Below, one piece after another: positions 23,303 to 41,300 of a stretch of DNA of 64,000 nt. The notes beneath the pieces were generated by a model. The model did no database searches and had not been told where the DNA came from. It saw only the letters and a list, made by a program, of their open reading frames with translations. The translations under genes were made by a program, and so were the position numbers. Source of the stretch: an uncultured virus (IMG/VR IMGVR_UViG_3300027969_000080) (lineage: Duplodnaviria > Heunggongvirae > Uroviricota > Caudoviricetes); IMG/VR virus record IMGVR_UViG_3300027969_000080, positions 1-64,000 of that record; one strand, written 5' to 3'. Position 1 is the first letter of the stretch; each line of letters opens with the position of its first letter.

Positions 23303-23950
23303 TTAACCTTGCCAAGCACCGCCGGCAACTCTGTACCATATCTTGTAGTTCACAGTGTCTACTGCCACATCAATGATTTGACCATTGGTTTCAAAAATCG
23401 CATTGCCAGAATATATTTCGGTGCTGTTGGTCCAGACACTACCATCATCGTATATGCCAACGGCCTGGTTGGTACTTCCCAAATAGTCTCCATTGACAGT
23501 GCTAGTGCTGGCACTGCCCACACCAACTCCGTCATTGGACACAGAACCCGACCATGTGGTGTGAGTCACACTGAACATGCGTTTGGTACTGGGTGCAATG
23601 GCGATGTTGCCCCTGACAGCATTGTTGGCTGTAACCAGAGCCTGAGCAGTATCATCAGGATTGGTTGTCTGATACACATTGACCTCATTTGGATCATAAT
23701 CTGACCAGTACCAGTTGTTTAAAAAAGTAAATCCTGCAGGTGTACCATAGGTACTGGCTGTATTGACTATAAACTTGGCAAGAGTAGTGCCATCAAATAC
23801 GTTGACCGCAGGGTAGAGATTTTGTGGCAACCCGGCAATCACTGACAGACTGAAACCGCCTGTGTTGGTGGCAGGATCAGGAGATCCGCCACCTGCACTT
23901 ATACTAATTCCTCCGCCTACATCTATTCCTGGGCCTATTATTATTGCCAT
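23303..23950 (-). CDS. putative virion protein with SPRY/B30.2-like C-terminus
   Basis: IGPGIDVGGGISI N-terminus; GQIIDVAVDT...IWYR. Confidence 0.65.
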   Translation of the reverse strand: MAIIIGPGIDVGGGISISAGGGSPDPATNTGGFSLSVIAGLPQNLYPAVNVFDGTTLAKFIVNTASTYGTPAGFTFLNNWYWSDYDPNEVNVYQTTNPDDTAQALVTANNAVRGNIAIAPSTKRMFSVTHTTWSGSVSNDGVGVGSASTSTVNGDYLGSTNQAVGIYDDGSVWTNSTEIYSGNAIFETNGQIIDVAVDTVNYKIWYRVAGGAWQG

Positions 23951-23984
23951 ATTTGTGTTCCTTTTATATCTATGTATTTATCTT

Positions 23985-24824
23985 TTAAGGGTTGCTAATT
24001 GACTTTATAACCCAGAAATCACTGCTCATACTAGTGTTTTGTATCACTTGAAACGGCATATAGAAGTAACCTCTATCTCCCCAACCTGTTCCCCAACTAT
24101 TTCTAGCTATGAATGTATTGTTATTCTTATTATATCCAACTAACAATACAGCATGTCCACCTAATAATTTCTCTTTTTTAGTGTCAGGATATGGCATAAT
24201 ACCTGTTCTTGCTACAATATTAGTGTCAAAACTTGAATACACGCTAAACCCAACAGTAACTGGATATCCACTAGTAATAGCATCTATTACTTGATTAAAG
24301 TCTGCTGCTCTTTGATATGATGTAACTTTTCTTTTTGCTGCATCAATCAATGCTTCTTTTGATGGAACACTTCTAAACTTGCTAATATTGTATGGCCATA
24401 AATTTTCCGTTGGCGCACCATATGTATAACATGCTTTGATCCCATCTCTTATGTATGCACCACTATCATAATTCACTGTGCCTATAAACAATCTCTCATA
24501 GTAATAGATAAACAAGCGGCTTATGTCAAGTGTCCTATTTTGTCTTTTGTGTAGTAATTCTATCGCACCTGCTATTGCGTTACCGGTGCAGCTACCTAAA
24601 TTACCTTGGTTCTCAATTAATGAACAGTACTGTCTTAAATCAACAACATTAGATTGTGTTTTGTTTGTTAATTGATATGGGTGATCTCTTGTATCTACTT
24701 TATCACGCACCCAATGATATTTAGGAATAGTGAATAATGCTTTTGTTATTTTTTGAGTGATAGGTCTACGATGTAATCCTGGGTCTTGCTCAATGTCTAT
24801 TATTGTTTTTATATCTTGTTTCAT
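23985..24824 (-). CDS. papain-like (C1) cysteine peptidase
   Basis: QGNLGSCTGNA (Cys), GGHAVLLVGY (His), RNSWG (Asn). Confidence 0.93.
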   Translation of the reverse strand: MKQDIKTIIDIEQDPGLHRRPITQKITKALFTIPKYHWVRDKVDTRDHPYQLTNKTQSNVVDLRQYCSLIENQGNLGSCTGNAIAGAIELLHKRQNRTLDISRLFIYYYERLFIGTVNYDSGAYIRDGIKACYTYGAPTENLWPYNISKFRSVPSKEALIDAAKRKVTSYQRAADFNQVIDAITSGYPVTVGFSVYSSFDTNIVARTGIMPYPDTKKEKLLGGHAVLLVGYNKNNNTFIARNSWGTGWGDRGYFYMPFQVIQNTSMSSDFWVIKSISNP

Positions 24825-24828
24825 AATT

Positions 24829-25143
24829 TTAGAAAGTTATTGATCCTGAACTAGTCCAAGTATATATTCTATAACCATTTTCAATTGACACAGTTGGACT
24901 ACCTGTAGTAGTAGATGCTGCTGCTTGTGAAGCTGGATAACGAATTATTACTACACCTTTACCGCCTGAACCACCGTTAGCGCCAGTTGAACCACTTATT
25001 AATCCTGAACCGCCACCGCCTCCACCGCCACCAGCAACCCCGATGCCACCGCCACCGCCACCAGCAACTACTAAGTAATCAATACTAGTAGGTGGTAGTA
25101 CTTTAGACGGAAAAGTTAAGAAAAAGTTTTTAACTGTGAACAT
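24829..25143 (-). CDS. glycine-rich virion tip protein, probably internally shortened
   Basis: IDYLVVAGGGGG...GGKGVVIIRY...YTWTSSGSITF. Confidence 0.65.
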   Translation of the reverse strand: MFTVKNFFLTFPSKVLPPTSIDYLVVAGGGGGGIGVAGGGGGGGGSGLISGSTGANGGSGGKGVVIIRYPASQAAASTTTGSPTVSIENGYRIYTWTSSGSITF

Positions 25144-25146
25144 ATT

Positions 25147-27549
25147 TTATCTCGCTAAAGCATACTTGAATGGGTTCTCAGCAAATGCCATATAGATATA
25201 CGTCCATCCACTAAAGTTTGCATACTCTGAATTGCGTTTAGGCTTGAACCCGTTGGACAGAATGTCAATACCATTTGAATCCACACCCTCTACTGCATTT
25301 AAATTCGGAAACAACTCATTCACCGATGCGTTATACGGGCTACGGCGGGTGTCCCAAATAGTCCACACCGTTGAACTGGTTGAGTTGCTTGAGGCTTTCA
25401 CCATCACAAACCGTGAACGGAATCCCGTGTACACAAACGGCCCATCCGTAGAGCCATTGCCCTTGTAGCTGCCAAATGCGCTGTACCCTGCTACTGCGGC
25501 AAAGACGTAGGCAACGTAGGTTCCTGTGCTTTGGTTTGTATTAGTAATTGTTCCAACGCTAAAAACTGATGATGTAGGGGCGGTACTATTCCAAACTGTG
25601 GAGTTTAATGTTTGTGCGGCTGTATCATTAAGCAATAAATAATATGCGGCAGAAGTTAGCGAAGAATGATAAACAACCCATCCATCAATCGCATTTCTAT
25701 GCTTAACAATCACCATACTTGGCGCAACACCAAGCCCGTGTCCTACTGTTGCCGCGCTACCTGTACCCGTGTAGGTCGCAATGCTGAACCCAGCCGTAGT
25801 GTTTGCGCTCACCGTGCTGGTGATAGAGCCGCTGGTGTTAGATACGTTGGTTCCAGCGTTGGCTTTCCATTGCCATGCAACGTATGTTTCGCCGCTGTTA
25901 TTGCCTTGGTCGGCGGTGTTGAGCGTAAACCCGTTGGAGTTTACCGAACTCAAAATAGAGCCAGAGTATTCCGCTTGGGTCAGGTCGCTGCACAAGACAT
26001 TGTTGATGCCACGATTGGTATCCATCAGCCTGTGGTCACGCGCCGCAGAGCGTGATTTTTGCCACACCCAATCTGGCTGCATCGCTGTGCCGTTGACCGT
26101 GTTGGCAACCGTCAGAGTCGCGCCCGTACCTGTGTAGGTTGTAGCTGCCATGTACGCTGCACCATTGGGTATCGTAGGCGTGGACAGGTTGTAGGTGTTC
26201 AGCGCGACAAAGCCAGTGGGCGGGGTGTAGCTAAATGGGCGCTGTCCGAAGTTGGCTGAGTAATTGAAATTTCCATTATTGTTTGACGAACCATTTTTAA
26301 CACCAAAAGTCCAAAGTTGACCAGCCACATGGCTGTCATAACTTGTTATGTTGATTGTTGTATAAGAACCGCCATTTACCGCCCAGCCAACAGTTTGGTT
26401 GTCTAAATCTAGTTTTACTTGAACAACATCACCCGTTGTCCAAGTAGGCGCTCCAATGTTTGCCGAAGAACTGTAAAAAACAGAACTGCTAGTCCTAATA
26501 ACAATCAATTGAGTGGCTTGGTAAAAACCACTTACATTAAAATCAAATGTACTCTGCAAAATTCCAATGGCATCTTCTAACCCCGCAGAGTTACAAGTGA
26601 ATTCTGCATACCACTTTCCAGAGGCAGAATACATTGTGGATGCAATTCCCTGATTTGAAGTTGAACTTACCGCTGTTAAGTTTCCGTTACTTGCTGTAAC
26701 CCCAGAATATTTTGCCAACGGATTCAACGTAGCGTAGTTCGCCACTGTCGCGCTTGTCAGCGTTGGCACATCCGTCATGGAATCGTAGGTGGCTCCAGCG
26801 GTCACGCTGATGTTGTTTACCGTCCAAGTGTTGCCATTACCGCTAGAGTCAGTGCCTAACGCTGCGGCAGTAGCATAGCTATTGAATTTTAAATAGAATC
26901 CGTTTGTACCGTATGTACCTGTGTATTTCTTTGGTTGCCATACCCCATACTGATTGTATGCCCCAAATGAAGATGGAGTTAATTGTTGCCCGTCAATGTT
27001 ATACATCTCTGTAAAATATTGATCTCCGTATGTTGCTTGATTATAAGACCATCTATTAATCTCGTGAAACGTTGTATTGTTCCAATTAAAATCAAAATTT
27101 TGTCCTGGGTAGTTAGCAGTTGCAAATGATGTGATTTGCGAACCGTTGACATACATTTTAATTCTGTCGCTAGCAGTAGCTTGAGTTGTATCTACTGCTA
27201 CAACAAAATGATACCAAGCTGAGGGATCACGAAAAACTGCTGTTGTTAGCACAGTCATAGCATCACCGTAAAAACGTAATTGACCAGTGGGTGACCAATT
27301 TAACCAAAACATATTCTGAAAACTAGGATCACGGTTGCCAGCACTAACAATCGTAAATTCACTTGAATCAAGTAATCCCCTTTTTATCCACATGCTGATC
27401 GTAAAGGTTCTTCTATTCCCCGCTACAGTAGGTGTACGATTTAGATATGCACTTGCGCTACTGCGAAATCTCAATGAATTGGAAATAGTATACACCCCTA
27501 ATGGATTATTAGAGGGTGCAGTTAAGCTGAAATTCTTACTTGCAAACAT
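25147..27549 (-). CDS. ConA/LamG lectin-like + SPRY-like receptor-binding protein
   Basis: FTISMWIKR, WYHFVVAVD, GKWYAEF, ANFGQRPF, YIYMAFAE. Confidence 0.75.
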   Translation of the reverse strand: MFASKNFSLTAPSNNPLGVYTISNSLRFRSSASAYLNRTPTVAGNRRTFTISMWIKRGLLDSSEFTIVSAGNRDPSFQNMFWLNWSPTGQLRFYGDAMTVLTTAVFRDPSAWYHFVVAVDTTQATASDRIKMYVNGSQITSFATANYPGQNFDFNWNNTTFHEINRWSYNQATYGDQYFTEMYNIDGQQLTPSSFGAYNQYGVWQPKKYTGTYGTNGFYLKFNSYATAAALGTDSSGNGNTWTVNNISVTAGATYDSMTDVPTLTSATVANYATLNPLAKYSGVTASNGNLTAVSSTSNQGIASTMYSASGKWYAEFTCNSAGLEDAIGILQSTFDFNVSGFYQATQLIVIRTSSSVFYSSSANIGAPTWTTGDVVQVKLDLDNQTVGWAVNGGSYTTINITSYDSHVAGQLWTFGVKNGSSNNNGNFNYSANFGQRPFSYTPPTGFVALNTYNLSTPTIPNGAAYMAATTYTGTGATLTVANTVNGTAMQPDWVWQKSRSAARDHRLMDTNRGINNVLCSDLTQAEYSGSILSSVNSNGFTLNTADQGNNSGETYVAWQWKANAGTNVSNTSGSITSTVSANTTAGFSIATYTGTGSAATVGHGLGVAPSMVIVKHRNAIDGWVVYHSSLTSAAYYLLLNDTAAQTLNSTVWNSTAPTSSVFSVGTITNTNQSTGTYVAYVFAAVAGYSAFGSYKGNGSTDGPFVYTGFRSRFVMVKASSNSTSSTVWTIWDTRRSPYNASVNELFPNLNAVEGVDSNGIDILSNGFKPKRNSEYANFSGWTYIYMAFAENPFKYALAR

Positions 27550-29732
27550 TATGCATAAGCCTGAGCATAAGAACCATACCAGTTACTACCATCAGCTACG
27601 AAAGTTAATATGTCAACTGCTGATGCTGTTGAAGTTATAGTAGGTGCAAGACCATTTGGCCATTTAACACTAGTGAACGTAGCTGTAGTCATACCTGTTG
27701 CTGCTTGTGTCAACTTAAGTATAAATGATTTTCCTGCTGTAGCAGTTGGCATAGTAAATGTACATGGAGTACTTGCAGTTAATGTAGCTGTAAGAACAGT
27801 ACCGGCTGTTAATGATAATGTTGATGTAGCACCAACAGTACCTACTGCTTGTAATGTTTCTGTATAGTTAGTAACTGTTGGGTTGTTAGCTATACCAGTG
27901 ATACTTAAGTTACCAACACTTAAATTACCAGTAACACTTAAACTAGTTAATGTTCCTGTGCTAGTGATATTTGGTTGTGCTGCTGTTGTTACAGTACCTG
28001 CAGTAGTTGCTGCACCGGATAATGCACCGGTAAATGTTGTTGCACTTACATTACCAGCACTGATATTGCCACTAACATATGCTGTACCTGTAACACTTAG
28101 TGTATTGGTTGGGGCTGTATTAGCAATACCTACATTACCATCTGATTGAATACGCATTTTTTCTGAACTATTGGTAGAAAACACCATTGGGTATGCGCCG
28201 TCAGAATATAATACTCTTCCATTTGCGCCTGCTGCAAATGCGCCACCTGTTGAAGTATCTATACCTATAAAAAAGTTACCACCACCAGTACTGACTTGCA
28301 ATGCGGATTGTGCTGTTGTTGCTGAGTTAATTCTTGCATAGGTTGCGCTTGCTGAATATACTTCAAGTAGTCTACTTGGCGTACTAGTACCAATACCCAC
28401 ATTGCCATCACCTTGTATACGCATACGCTCTGATACGGTTGAAGGATAAGCCCCGCTTCCACTATAAAATCCTAAATTAACACTACCTTCTTGATTGGTG
28501 CCGTCATTAAATCCAACGATAGAACCAACTGCTCCTCTACCTGAAATTGGTCTAAATGTCAATGCAACACCATAATTACTACCCGTTGTTCCTGGTTGTT
28601 CTGCTGTTAATGTTAATGCTGATATAGTTTTTATATTTGCAGTGTTTATGGTAGTTAACGTTCCATAACTAATAGTTGCTTTACTTTCAACACTAGATGT
28701 TCCAATACTCACGTTACCACTAGTGGTACTAAATAACGAATTACCAGTAACCGTTACACTTGATAATGAACCTGTGCTAGTAATATTTGGTTGTGCTGCT
28801 GTTGTTACAGTTCCGGCTGTACCTGATGTTGCTACATTCAAGTTAGCTACTTGTGTAGTACTTGTTACTACGAAAGGAGCAGTACCTGTAGCCAATGTTG
28901 TAATATATTGACCAGTAATGTTACTAGTAGTACCTGTGTAATTTGTTGCGCTTACGTTGCCAGCACTTATATTACCGGTAACAGTCAATACACTAGTTGT
29001 TTTATTAAATGTTAGATTAGCATTGCCATTTGCAGCACTTGCATCATTAAATATGATTTGTGTATTACTACCAGCTACTGGACCAGTAGCACCCGTTGCG
29101 CCTGTCGATCCGATTGTACCTGTTGCCCCAGTTGCGCCTGTACTACCTATTGTGCCTGTAGCACCAGTTGCTCCAGTTGCACCTGTACTACCTATTGTGC
29201 CTGTAGCGCCAGTTGCGCCAGTACTACCTATTGTACCTGTAGCTCCAGTAGCACCAGTAGATCCAATCGTACCTGTTGCTCCAGTTGCACCCGTTGCGCC
29301 TGTACTACCTATTGTGCCTGTAGCACCAGTAGCACCTGTAGTGCCTACTACGCCAGTCGCGCCAGTTGCACCTGTACTTCCAATATATCCTGTGGCACCA
29401 GTTGCACCTGTAGTGCCTACTACGCCAGTCGCGCCAGTTGCACCTGTACTACCTATTGTACCAGTAGCGCCCGTCGCTCCAGTTGCACCTGTACTACCAA
29501 TCGTACCTGTAGCACCTGTTGCCCCTGTACTACCATTTGTACCTGCCGTACCAGTAGCACCTGTTGCGCCAGTACTACCATTTGTTCCGTTATTGCCAGT
29601 AGCGCCCGTAGCACCTAAACCAGTAGCACCTGTACTTCCTTGATAGCCAGTAGCGCCCGTAGCACCTTGATCACCAAGTGCTGCTGGTTCCCATTGACTA
29701 GTGGTAGTGTTATAATATTTTAGTACTGACAT
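27549..29732 (-). CDS. collagen-like (Gly-X-Thr) fibre protein
   Basis: long (GAT/GST/GTI)n tract, ERMRI..GNVGIG repeats, C-terminal WPNG.APT...DILTF domain. Confidence 0.85.
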   Translation of the reverse strand: MSVLKYYNTTTSQWEPAALGDQGATGATGYQGSTGATGLGATGATGNNGTNGSTGATGATGTAGTNGSTGATGATGTIGSTGATGATGATGTIGSTGATGATGVVGTTGATGATGYIGSTGATGATGVVGTTGATGATGTIGSTGATGATGATGTIGSTGATGATGTIGSTGATGATGTIGSTGATGATGATGTIGSTGATGATGTIGSTGATGATGPVAGSNTQIIFNDASAANGNANLTFNKTTSVLTVTGNISAGNVSATNYTGTTSNITGQYITTLATGTAPFVVTSTTQVANLNVATSGTAGTVTTAAQPNITSTGSLSSVTVTGNSLFSTTSGNVSIGTSSVESKATISYGTLTTINTANIKTISALTLTAEQPGTTGSNYGVALTFRPISGRGAVGSIVGFNDGTNQEGSVNLGFYSGSGAYPSTVSERMRIQGDGNVGIGTSTPSRLLEVYSASATYARINSATTAQSALQVSTGGGNFFIGIDTSTGGAFAAGANGRVLYSDGAYPMVFSTNSSEKMRIQSDGNVGIANTAPTNTLSVTGTAYVSGNISAGNVSATTFTGALSGAATTAGTVTTAAQPNITSTGTLTSLSVTGNLSVGNLSITGIANNPTVTNYTETLQAVGTVGATSTLSLTAGTVLTATLTASTPCTFTMPTATAGKSFILKLTQAATGMTTATFTSVKWPNGLAPTITSTASAVDILTFVADGSNWYGSYAQAYA

Positions 29733-29763
29733 TTAATTATTTCTTTGTTTTATATATTTATTG

Positions 29764-30036
29764 TTATTCATTTACAAAAATGTTAACAAAAACTGTATTA
29801 TCTTCTAATGCTTCAATCTCATGCCATTCATTTGCTGCAAGGTCAATTGGTTGTGTATGTTTATCTATAACTTTTTCACGACCTTCTTTACGCAAAATAC
29901 AACTTCCTGCGTTGCATACAGTAGCATGAGAAAATGTATGCTCATGTCTTGGTAATCCTTCTCCTTTGTTGGCATGGTAAACATTGAATGATGTTCCATT
30001 GTAATTAAACAGATGTGTTGGGCCAATGTTGATCAT
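29764..30036 (-). CDS. cupin-fold small protein
   Basis: LPRHEHTFSH...WHEIEALEDNTVF. Confidence 0.7.
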   Translation of the reverse strand: MINIGPTHLFNYNGTSFNVYHANKGEGLPRHEHTFSHATVCNAGSCILRKEGREKVIDKHTQPIDLAANEWHEIEALEDNTVFVNIFVNE

Positions 30037-30254
30037 TAGAAACTCTGTAAGCCGTTATTTGGTAATATTATTTGTGTAATGTCAGTACGTTTTTTTATTG
30101 TACCATCTTTAAAATACCAATAGTCTGCGATTACATCATCTGTACATTCTGTCCAGTAGGTAGGATCACCTACCGGAAATACAACTTCTTCAACTTGTGC
30201 AACACGATAACCATCTAATATAGGTTCATTGGGGCAAATCAATGCATATTTCAT
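30036..30254 (-). CDS. hypothetical protein (possible fibre chaperone)
   Basis: coupled small ORF after a fibre gene. Confidence 0.6.
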   Translation of the reverse strand: MKYALICPNEPILDGYRVAQVEEVVFPVGDPTYWTECTDDVIADYWYFKDGTIKKRTDITQIILPNNGLQSF

Positions 30255-30266
30255 TATTCTATTCCT

Positions 30267-31622
30267 TTAATATTCAAATAATACAACACCAGATGCGCCG
30301 GCACCACCGCCTTGAGCGCCAGAACCGCCGCAAGCAGTATCAAAAGGTCCGCCGCTTCCGCCGCCGCCATAAGCGCCGCCGGCGATTGATCTAGCATTGT
30401 CTCCACTACCAGCAGTACTAGCACCTCCACCAAAAATTGAACTGCCACCTGCTCCACCTCTAATATTACCGGTACCACCTTGGTTAATACTTCCAAGAGT
30501 GCCACCTTGCCCTTTTATATTCATATCACCATTGGAACCAATACCGCCACTGCCGGTGGCACTGACAGTTGTAATAGACTGAGTACCTGAAGCAACGCTA
30601 GATGTGCCACCGGCACCTCCAACTGTTACCGCTAATGTATTGCCGGGCGTTAATCCACTAAGCCATTTAATAGCTGCACCACCCCCTCCCCCACCATTGC
30701 CGCCGCCAGTAGTACCATTACAAGCACTACCATTGCCGCCACCGCCCACAATGGTCATTTTGACTTTAGTGACACCTGCAGGTATAGTGAATGTGCCGTT
30801 AGAAGTAAAAACAGTTGAAGATAAGCCACCAGTAGTTCCACCTGATCCAGTAGCACCTGCTGCTCCGGTTGCACCAGAAAATCCAGTTGCACCTGTTGCA
30901 CCGGGACCAGTAGCACCTGTTGTACCTGTTAAACCTGTAGCACCCGTTGCCCCGGTACTACCTATTGTACCAGTAGCACCCGTTGCCCCAGTTGCACCTG
31001 TACTACCAATCGTACCTGTAGCACCCGTTGCTCCAGTAGCGCCTGTAGATCCAATCGTACCTGTTGCTCCGGTAGCACCTGTTGCTCCCGTACTACCAAT
31101 TGTTCCAGTTGCACCAGTAGCACCTGTACTGCCTATAGTACCCGTAGCGCCTGTTGTACCCTGCGCTCCCGCATCAACTATTGTCCACGCAGTAAATGTA
31201 CCAGAACCACCACTATTAGATATAGTAACAGTCATTATTACGCCACCAAATGTAGCAATAGTACCTTCGATAAAATTAGCAGGAGTTGCAGTATTAAATA
31301 CTCTTACACGTTGTCCAACAGTAAATGCACTAGCAGATGCTAATAAGTTAGTAGTTAATGTAAATGTTCCACTTGATGCAATAGTTTGACTACTTGTAGA
31401 TGTTAATCCAAAATACCCTAACCCTGTTGCTCCAGTAGCGCCTGTAGTACCTAAGTAGCCAGTTGCACCTGTAGCACCCGTTGCACCAGTTGTTCCAATA
31501 TAGCCAGTTGCACCTGTAGCACCTAAACCGGTAGCACCAGTTGCGCCGGTAGTACCTTGACTACCAAGGGCTACAGGTTCCCATTGGCTAGTGCCGGTGT
31601 TATAAGTCTTTAATATTGTCAT
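30267..31622 (-). CDS. collagen-like fibre with glycine-rich C-terminal domain
   Basis: GAT repeats; [25 protein letters not shown]...GVVLFEY. Confidence 0.85.
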   Translation of the reverse strand: MTILKTYNTGTSQWEPVALGSQGTTGATGATGLGATGATGYIGTTGATGATGATGYLGTTGATGATGLGYFGLTSTSSQTIASSGTFTLTTNLLASASAFTVGQRVRVFNTATPANFIEGTIATFGGVIMTVTISNSGGSGTFTAWTIVDAGAQGTTGATGTIGSTGATGATGTIGSTGATGATGATGTIGSTGATGATGATGTIGSTGATGATGATGTIGSTGATGATGLTGTTGATGPGATGATGFSGATGAAGATGSGGTTGGLSSTVFTSNGTFTIPAGVTKVKMTIVGGGGNGSACNGTTGGGNGGGGGGAAIKWLSGLTPGNTLAVTVGGAGGTSSVASGTQSITTVSATGSGGIGSNGDMNIKGQGGTLGSINQGGTGNIRGGAGGSSIFGGGASTAGSGDNARSIAGGAYGGGGSGGPFDTACGGSGAQGGGAGASGVVLFEY

Positions 31623-31634
31623 TTAGTTATGTAT

Positions 31635-31886
31635 TTATTGAGAATTATTTATGTTCAATGTAGCCTGATATGCTGTAATAACTTCAGGTGTCCATGTTAC
31701 ATTGCAAATAGCTGCAACTTTAGCAGGTTGATTAGTAAGGACTTGGCCCGGTGTTAAACTTGTGCGGTGATAAGTTTGTGCTAATGTATTACCATCTTCT
31801 ATGATGCGAGTTGCCTCACGATAAAGTATAGTGCCGTTCTCAGTAACAGTTATTTGATCTACTACAGTTTCTTTTGTTATTGCCAT
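31635..31886 (-). CDS. small protein, possible fibre chaperone
   Basis: AAGGA RBS; YHR...WTPEVI.AY; follows a fibre ending in [10 protein letters not shown] domain. Confidence 0.7.
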   Translation of the reverse strand: MAITKETVVDQITVTENGTILYREATRIIEDGNTLAQTYHRTSLTPGQVLTNQPAKVAAICNVTWTPEVITAYQATLNINNSQ

Positions 31887-31909
31887 TGCATTTTCCTTAT
31901 TAGTTAATT

Positions 31910-34900
31910 TTAATCTACCCAGTACGTAGCAGATCCTGAAGCGTATGTTATGGTGGTTGTTTCTTGAGAACCACCAATATAGACATACAACACGGAACGA
32001 TTTCCAGTAAGTGTCATTAAACTTTGAATTCTTGTTGCGGGTCCATTTGTTCCCATATTACCGACAATTGATACTTCACTGTAAGTACCTACGTTAAATG
32101 GCAAACCAGAAACATACTGCGTTGTACCGGCAGCAAGAGAACTTCCACCATCACACTTAAACCAAATAGTTACTTGTTTTCCAATTTTTACATAAGTGCC
32201 ACTTTTAACGGTAAATGTTCCTGCGCCATTATTACTATCCACATTCGGTGTCCAAGTACCTTCTTCATAATCATCTAGCGTGTTAACATCAGTTGATGCA
32301 GATTGAGTAGCAGGGAATTTAATACCCATGCCAGATGTTGGCACAGCACCACCAAGACCTATGCCAAATGTATTAATCCTTACACGTTCAGAAGTGGTGC
32401 TAGCTGCGGTTGTATTGAATGTAATTGGTCCATTATTTTGTAAAGCTAATACGTTTACGCTATTGGCACCTCCCCACGCACTGTATGTTGAACCACCTGC
32501 AGCAATTTCTGCTTGCGGTGATGTTGAGTTATATAGTCTTAGTGACGATGCGCTTGCAGACGCGCCAGTTGATATAGCAACTTGAGTATCACCTGTTGCA
32601 CGATAAACAGCAAATCCTTGCCCTGATAAGTATGAAGATGGTGAACTTGTTCCAATTCCTACATTGCCACCGGCATCGATAAAAACTTTAGGACTATTTG
32701 AAGCAGCAGAAGGAACAGCCATATTCAATATTGGTGTAAACGGACCACCTGCTACTCCACCTGTACTTCCGTTGATTATCTGTCCAATTGAAAATGTACC
32801 AGCAGCACCTAACCCAGAGTCATATATCCATTGCTGCCAAGTTTGATTAGTATTATTTAAATTGTTTAATGCCAATAATGCACCACCGGTTCCTGCAACT
32901 CCAACCCCGTTAATTGGTTGACCACTAAAAGTGCTTGATGTAGTACCTACCAAAAGGCTGCCAGTGGAGTCGATACGCACACGTTCAGTATTACTAATAA
33001 ACCAAGCGTGATATAAACTTCCGATGCTCTGTTGATAAAACAACCCAGCCAAAGCAGATAACAAAATATCATTATTTCCAGAACGATATTTAAGATACCT
33101 ATCAGCGTTTGCGCCTAAGAAATAACTAGAGTTAGATGGTACGTTTACGTCCCCGTTTACATCTAGCTTGTATGCCGGTGAAGTAGTCCCAATCCCTACG
33201 TTACCGCCAACCAATACCATTTGAGCAGTAGTTGGCACTGCGCCAGTGTATGCTGAGAAATTCAATCGTGCATTAGAAGAAGTTGCAGCAGTTGTCCATA
33301 TTCTTGCAGCATCTGTTGAGTTAAAACCGCCAGTGTCATTGACACCAAATTGCAATAATGGAGCAGCAGCACCAACTGATATATCTTGTATAGATATTTT
33401 TGCAGCGCCGGCTGTAGCTGATACTACAGATAACTTTCCATATGTGCTTGGAGAACTTGTGCCAATTCCTACATTGCTACCATCCCATACTAGATTAGCA
33501 CTAGCACCAGCTGATCCGCTATTATTAAATATAATTTGTGTATTACTACCAGCTACTGGACCAGTTGCCCCTATTGCCCCAGTTGCTCCAGTACTACCAA
33601 TCGTACCTGTTGCACCTGTTGCTCCAGTAGATCCAATCGTACCAGTTGCACCTGTTGCTCCGGTAGCACCTGTACTTCCTATTGTACCAGTTGCACCTGT
33701 TGCCCCAGTTGCTCCAGTACTACCAATCGTACCTGTTGCACCTGTTGCGCCATACGATCCTGTTACAGATGTGTCAGCCCAAAGTATACTTGTATTTGCT
33801 GGTGCTGTTGCTTGTGTCACAATACCCGGTACACCTGTTGCACCAGTGGCCCCTGTTGTACCTACATATCCAGTTGCACCTGTTGTTCCTTGTGCGCCAG
33901 TTGCACCCGTTGCGCCAGTTGTACCTACATATCCAGTAGCACCAGTAGCACCTGTTGTTCCTACTACACCTGTTGCACCAGTAGCACCAGTACTACCTAT
34001 ATAACCAGTAGCGCCTGTTGCACCAGTACTACCTATTGTACCAGTGGCACCTGTAGCACCTGATGCTCCTGTATAGCCAGTAGCACCAGTAGCACCTTGA
34101 ATACCTACTGCGCCTGCTAAGTTTACAGACCAGGCAGCATATGTACCTGAACCAGTAAAAGTATTTTTAACAAATAACAATGCACCTGTGCCCGGGGTAT
34201 AACTGATTACAGTTCCATATTGAATGTTACTTACATTATACGCTACAATAATATCTTGTCCGGTAGTATAATCAACATTTAAATCAACTACTGTAATAGT
34301 TTGATTACCAGAATTACCTAAAGTAAATGATGTATTTGATGTAGTAGAATATTTGTCTCCATCTGCACCTGATGCACCTGTACTGCCTATAGTACCCGTA
34401 GCGCCTGTTGCACCTGTACTACCTATAGTACCCGTAGCGCCTGTTGCACCTGTACTACCTATTGTACCTGTTGCTCCTGTAGCGCCAGTTGTTCCTACAA
34501 CACCAGTAGCGCCTGTAGCACCTGTTGTTCCAACATATCCTGTAGCGCCAGTGGCACCAGTTGTTCCTTGAAAGCCTGTAGCGCCAGTACTACCTAATCC
34601 AGTAGCACCAGTAGCACCCGTTGCGCCTGTGCTACCTCGTGTACCAGTTGCACCAGTAGCACCCGTTAGGCCTGTAGCGCCTGCTGATCCTGTAGCAGTA
34701 GTATCAACCCATAGTATGTTTGTATTTGCTGGTGCAGTTGATTGCGCTATTATACCTTGAGCACCTGTAGCACCTGTTGTTCCAATATAACCAGTAGCAC
34801 CTGTTGCTCCTGTACTTCCAATATAACCAGTACTGCCAGTGGCACCTAATCCAGTAGCACCCGTTGCCCCAGTACTACCTATTGTTCCAGTAGCACCAGT

Positions 34901-35005
34901 GGCACCTAATCCAGTAGCACCCGTTGCCCCAGTTGTACCTTGATTACCAAGTGATGCTGGAACCCATTGACTAGTGGTAGTGTTATAATATTTTAGTACT
35001 GACAT
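31910..35005 (-). CDS. collagen-like tail fibre protein
   Basis: GAT repeats, GNVGIGT repeats, [20 protein letters not shown]-terminal domain. Confidence 0.87.
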   Translation of the reverse strand: MSVLKYYNTTTSQWVPASLGNQGTTGATGATGLGATGATGTIGSTGATGATGLGATGSTGYIGSTGATGATGYIGTTGATGAQGIIAQSTAPANTNILWVDTTATGSAGATGLTGATGATGTRGSTGATGATGATGLGSTGATGFQGTTGATGATGYVGTTGATGATGVVGTTGATGATGTIGSTGATGATGTIGSTGATGATGTIGSTGASGADGDKYSTTSNTSFTLGNSGNQTITVVDLNVDYTTGQDIIVAYNVSNIQYGTVISYTPGTGALLFVKNTFTGSGTYAAWSVNLAGAVGIQGATGATGYTGASGATGATGTIGSTGATGATGYIGSTGATGATGVVGTTGATGATGYVGTTGATGATGAQGTTGATGYVGTTGATGATGVPGIVTQATAPANTSILWADTSVTGSYGATGATGTIGSTGATGATGATGTIGSTGATGATGATGTIGSTGATGATGTIGSTGATGAIGATGPVAGSNTQIIFNNSGSAGASANLVWDGSNVGIGTSSPSTYGKLSVVSATAGAAKISIQDISVGAAAPLLQFGVNDTGGFNSTDAARIWTTAATSSNARLNFSAYTGAVPTTAQMVLVGGNVGIGTTSPAYKLDVNGDVNVPSNSSYFLGANADRYLKYRSGNNDILLSALAGLFYQQSIGSLYHAWFISNTERVRIDSTGSLLVGTTSSTFSGQPINGVGVAGTGGALLALNNLNNTNQTWQQWIYDSGLGAAGTFSIGQIINGSTGGVAGGPFTPILNMAVPSAASNSPKVFIDAGGNVGIGTSSPSSYLSGQGFAVYRATGDTQVAISTGASASASSLRLYNSTSPQAEIAAGGSTYSAWGGANSVNVLALQNNGPITFNTTAASTTSERVRINTFGIGLGGAVPTSGMGIKFPATQSASTDVNTLDDYEEGTWTPNVDSNNGAGTFTVKSGTYVKIGKQVTIWFKCDGGSSLAAGTTQYVSGLPFNVGTYSEVSIVGNMGTNGPATRIQSLMTLTGNRSVLYVYIGGSQETTTITYASGSATYWVD

Positions 35006-35028
35006 TTAGTTATTTCTTTATTATATAT

Positions 35029-35256
35029 TTATTGCGTAACGGTTATAGCCTTTAGTTCGTCAATGGTTGTAGCTATATCTGCTAAGTTGGTTATGTCTCG
35101 TAGTCTTTGTTTTTCAGCTACGATTGCAGAAGTGTCGGCACCTGTTTCTAACGCACGTTGAAATGCTACATCTTGTATAGTAAGCAACGGGCCACGTTCT
35201 TTTCGCAAGCGAGTTTTAGTAATTTCTTTAGCTTTATCTATATTGATAGTGATCAT
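35029..35256 (-). CDS. tail fibre assembly chaperone-like protein
   Basis: LRKERGPLL...D..F.RA...KQRLRDIT. Confidence 0.65.
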   Translation of the reverse strand: MITINIDKAKEITKTRLRKERGPLLTIQDVAFQRALETGADTSAIVAEKQRLRDITNLADIATTIDELKAITVTQ

Positions 35257-35504
35257 TTTTGCTCCTGTTCTAAGTGCCATGCTTCTGAACCAATCCCGTA
35301 ACCATCGGGGTTAGCAAAATCTGCTTCCCAAGCATCATAAAACTCAAAATCGTTTGGTATTTGTGACCTATCAATGATGTGATAGGGAATTCCAGCTGGT
35401 ACATCTTTACGTGCGATTTCTTCAATAGAAATACCACAATTAGGTGCAGGTATCACTAATGTGACACCACCTGTTTCTGATTCATGTATAATTACCTTTG
35501 ACAT
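35253..35504 (-). CDS. small fibre-associated protein
   Basis: IEEIARKDVPAG.PY.II..S.IP.D..F.DAWE. Confidence 0.7.
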   Translation of the reverse strand: MSKVIIHESETGGVTLVIPAPNCGISIEEIARKDVPAGIPYHIIDRSQIPNDFEFYDAWEADFANPDGYGIGSEAWHLEQEQK

Positions 35505-35512
35505 AATTTTCC

Positions 35513-41284
<5,772 letters not shown>

Positions 41285-41300
41285 TTATACCTTTTATTAT

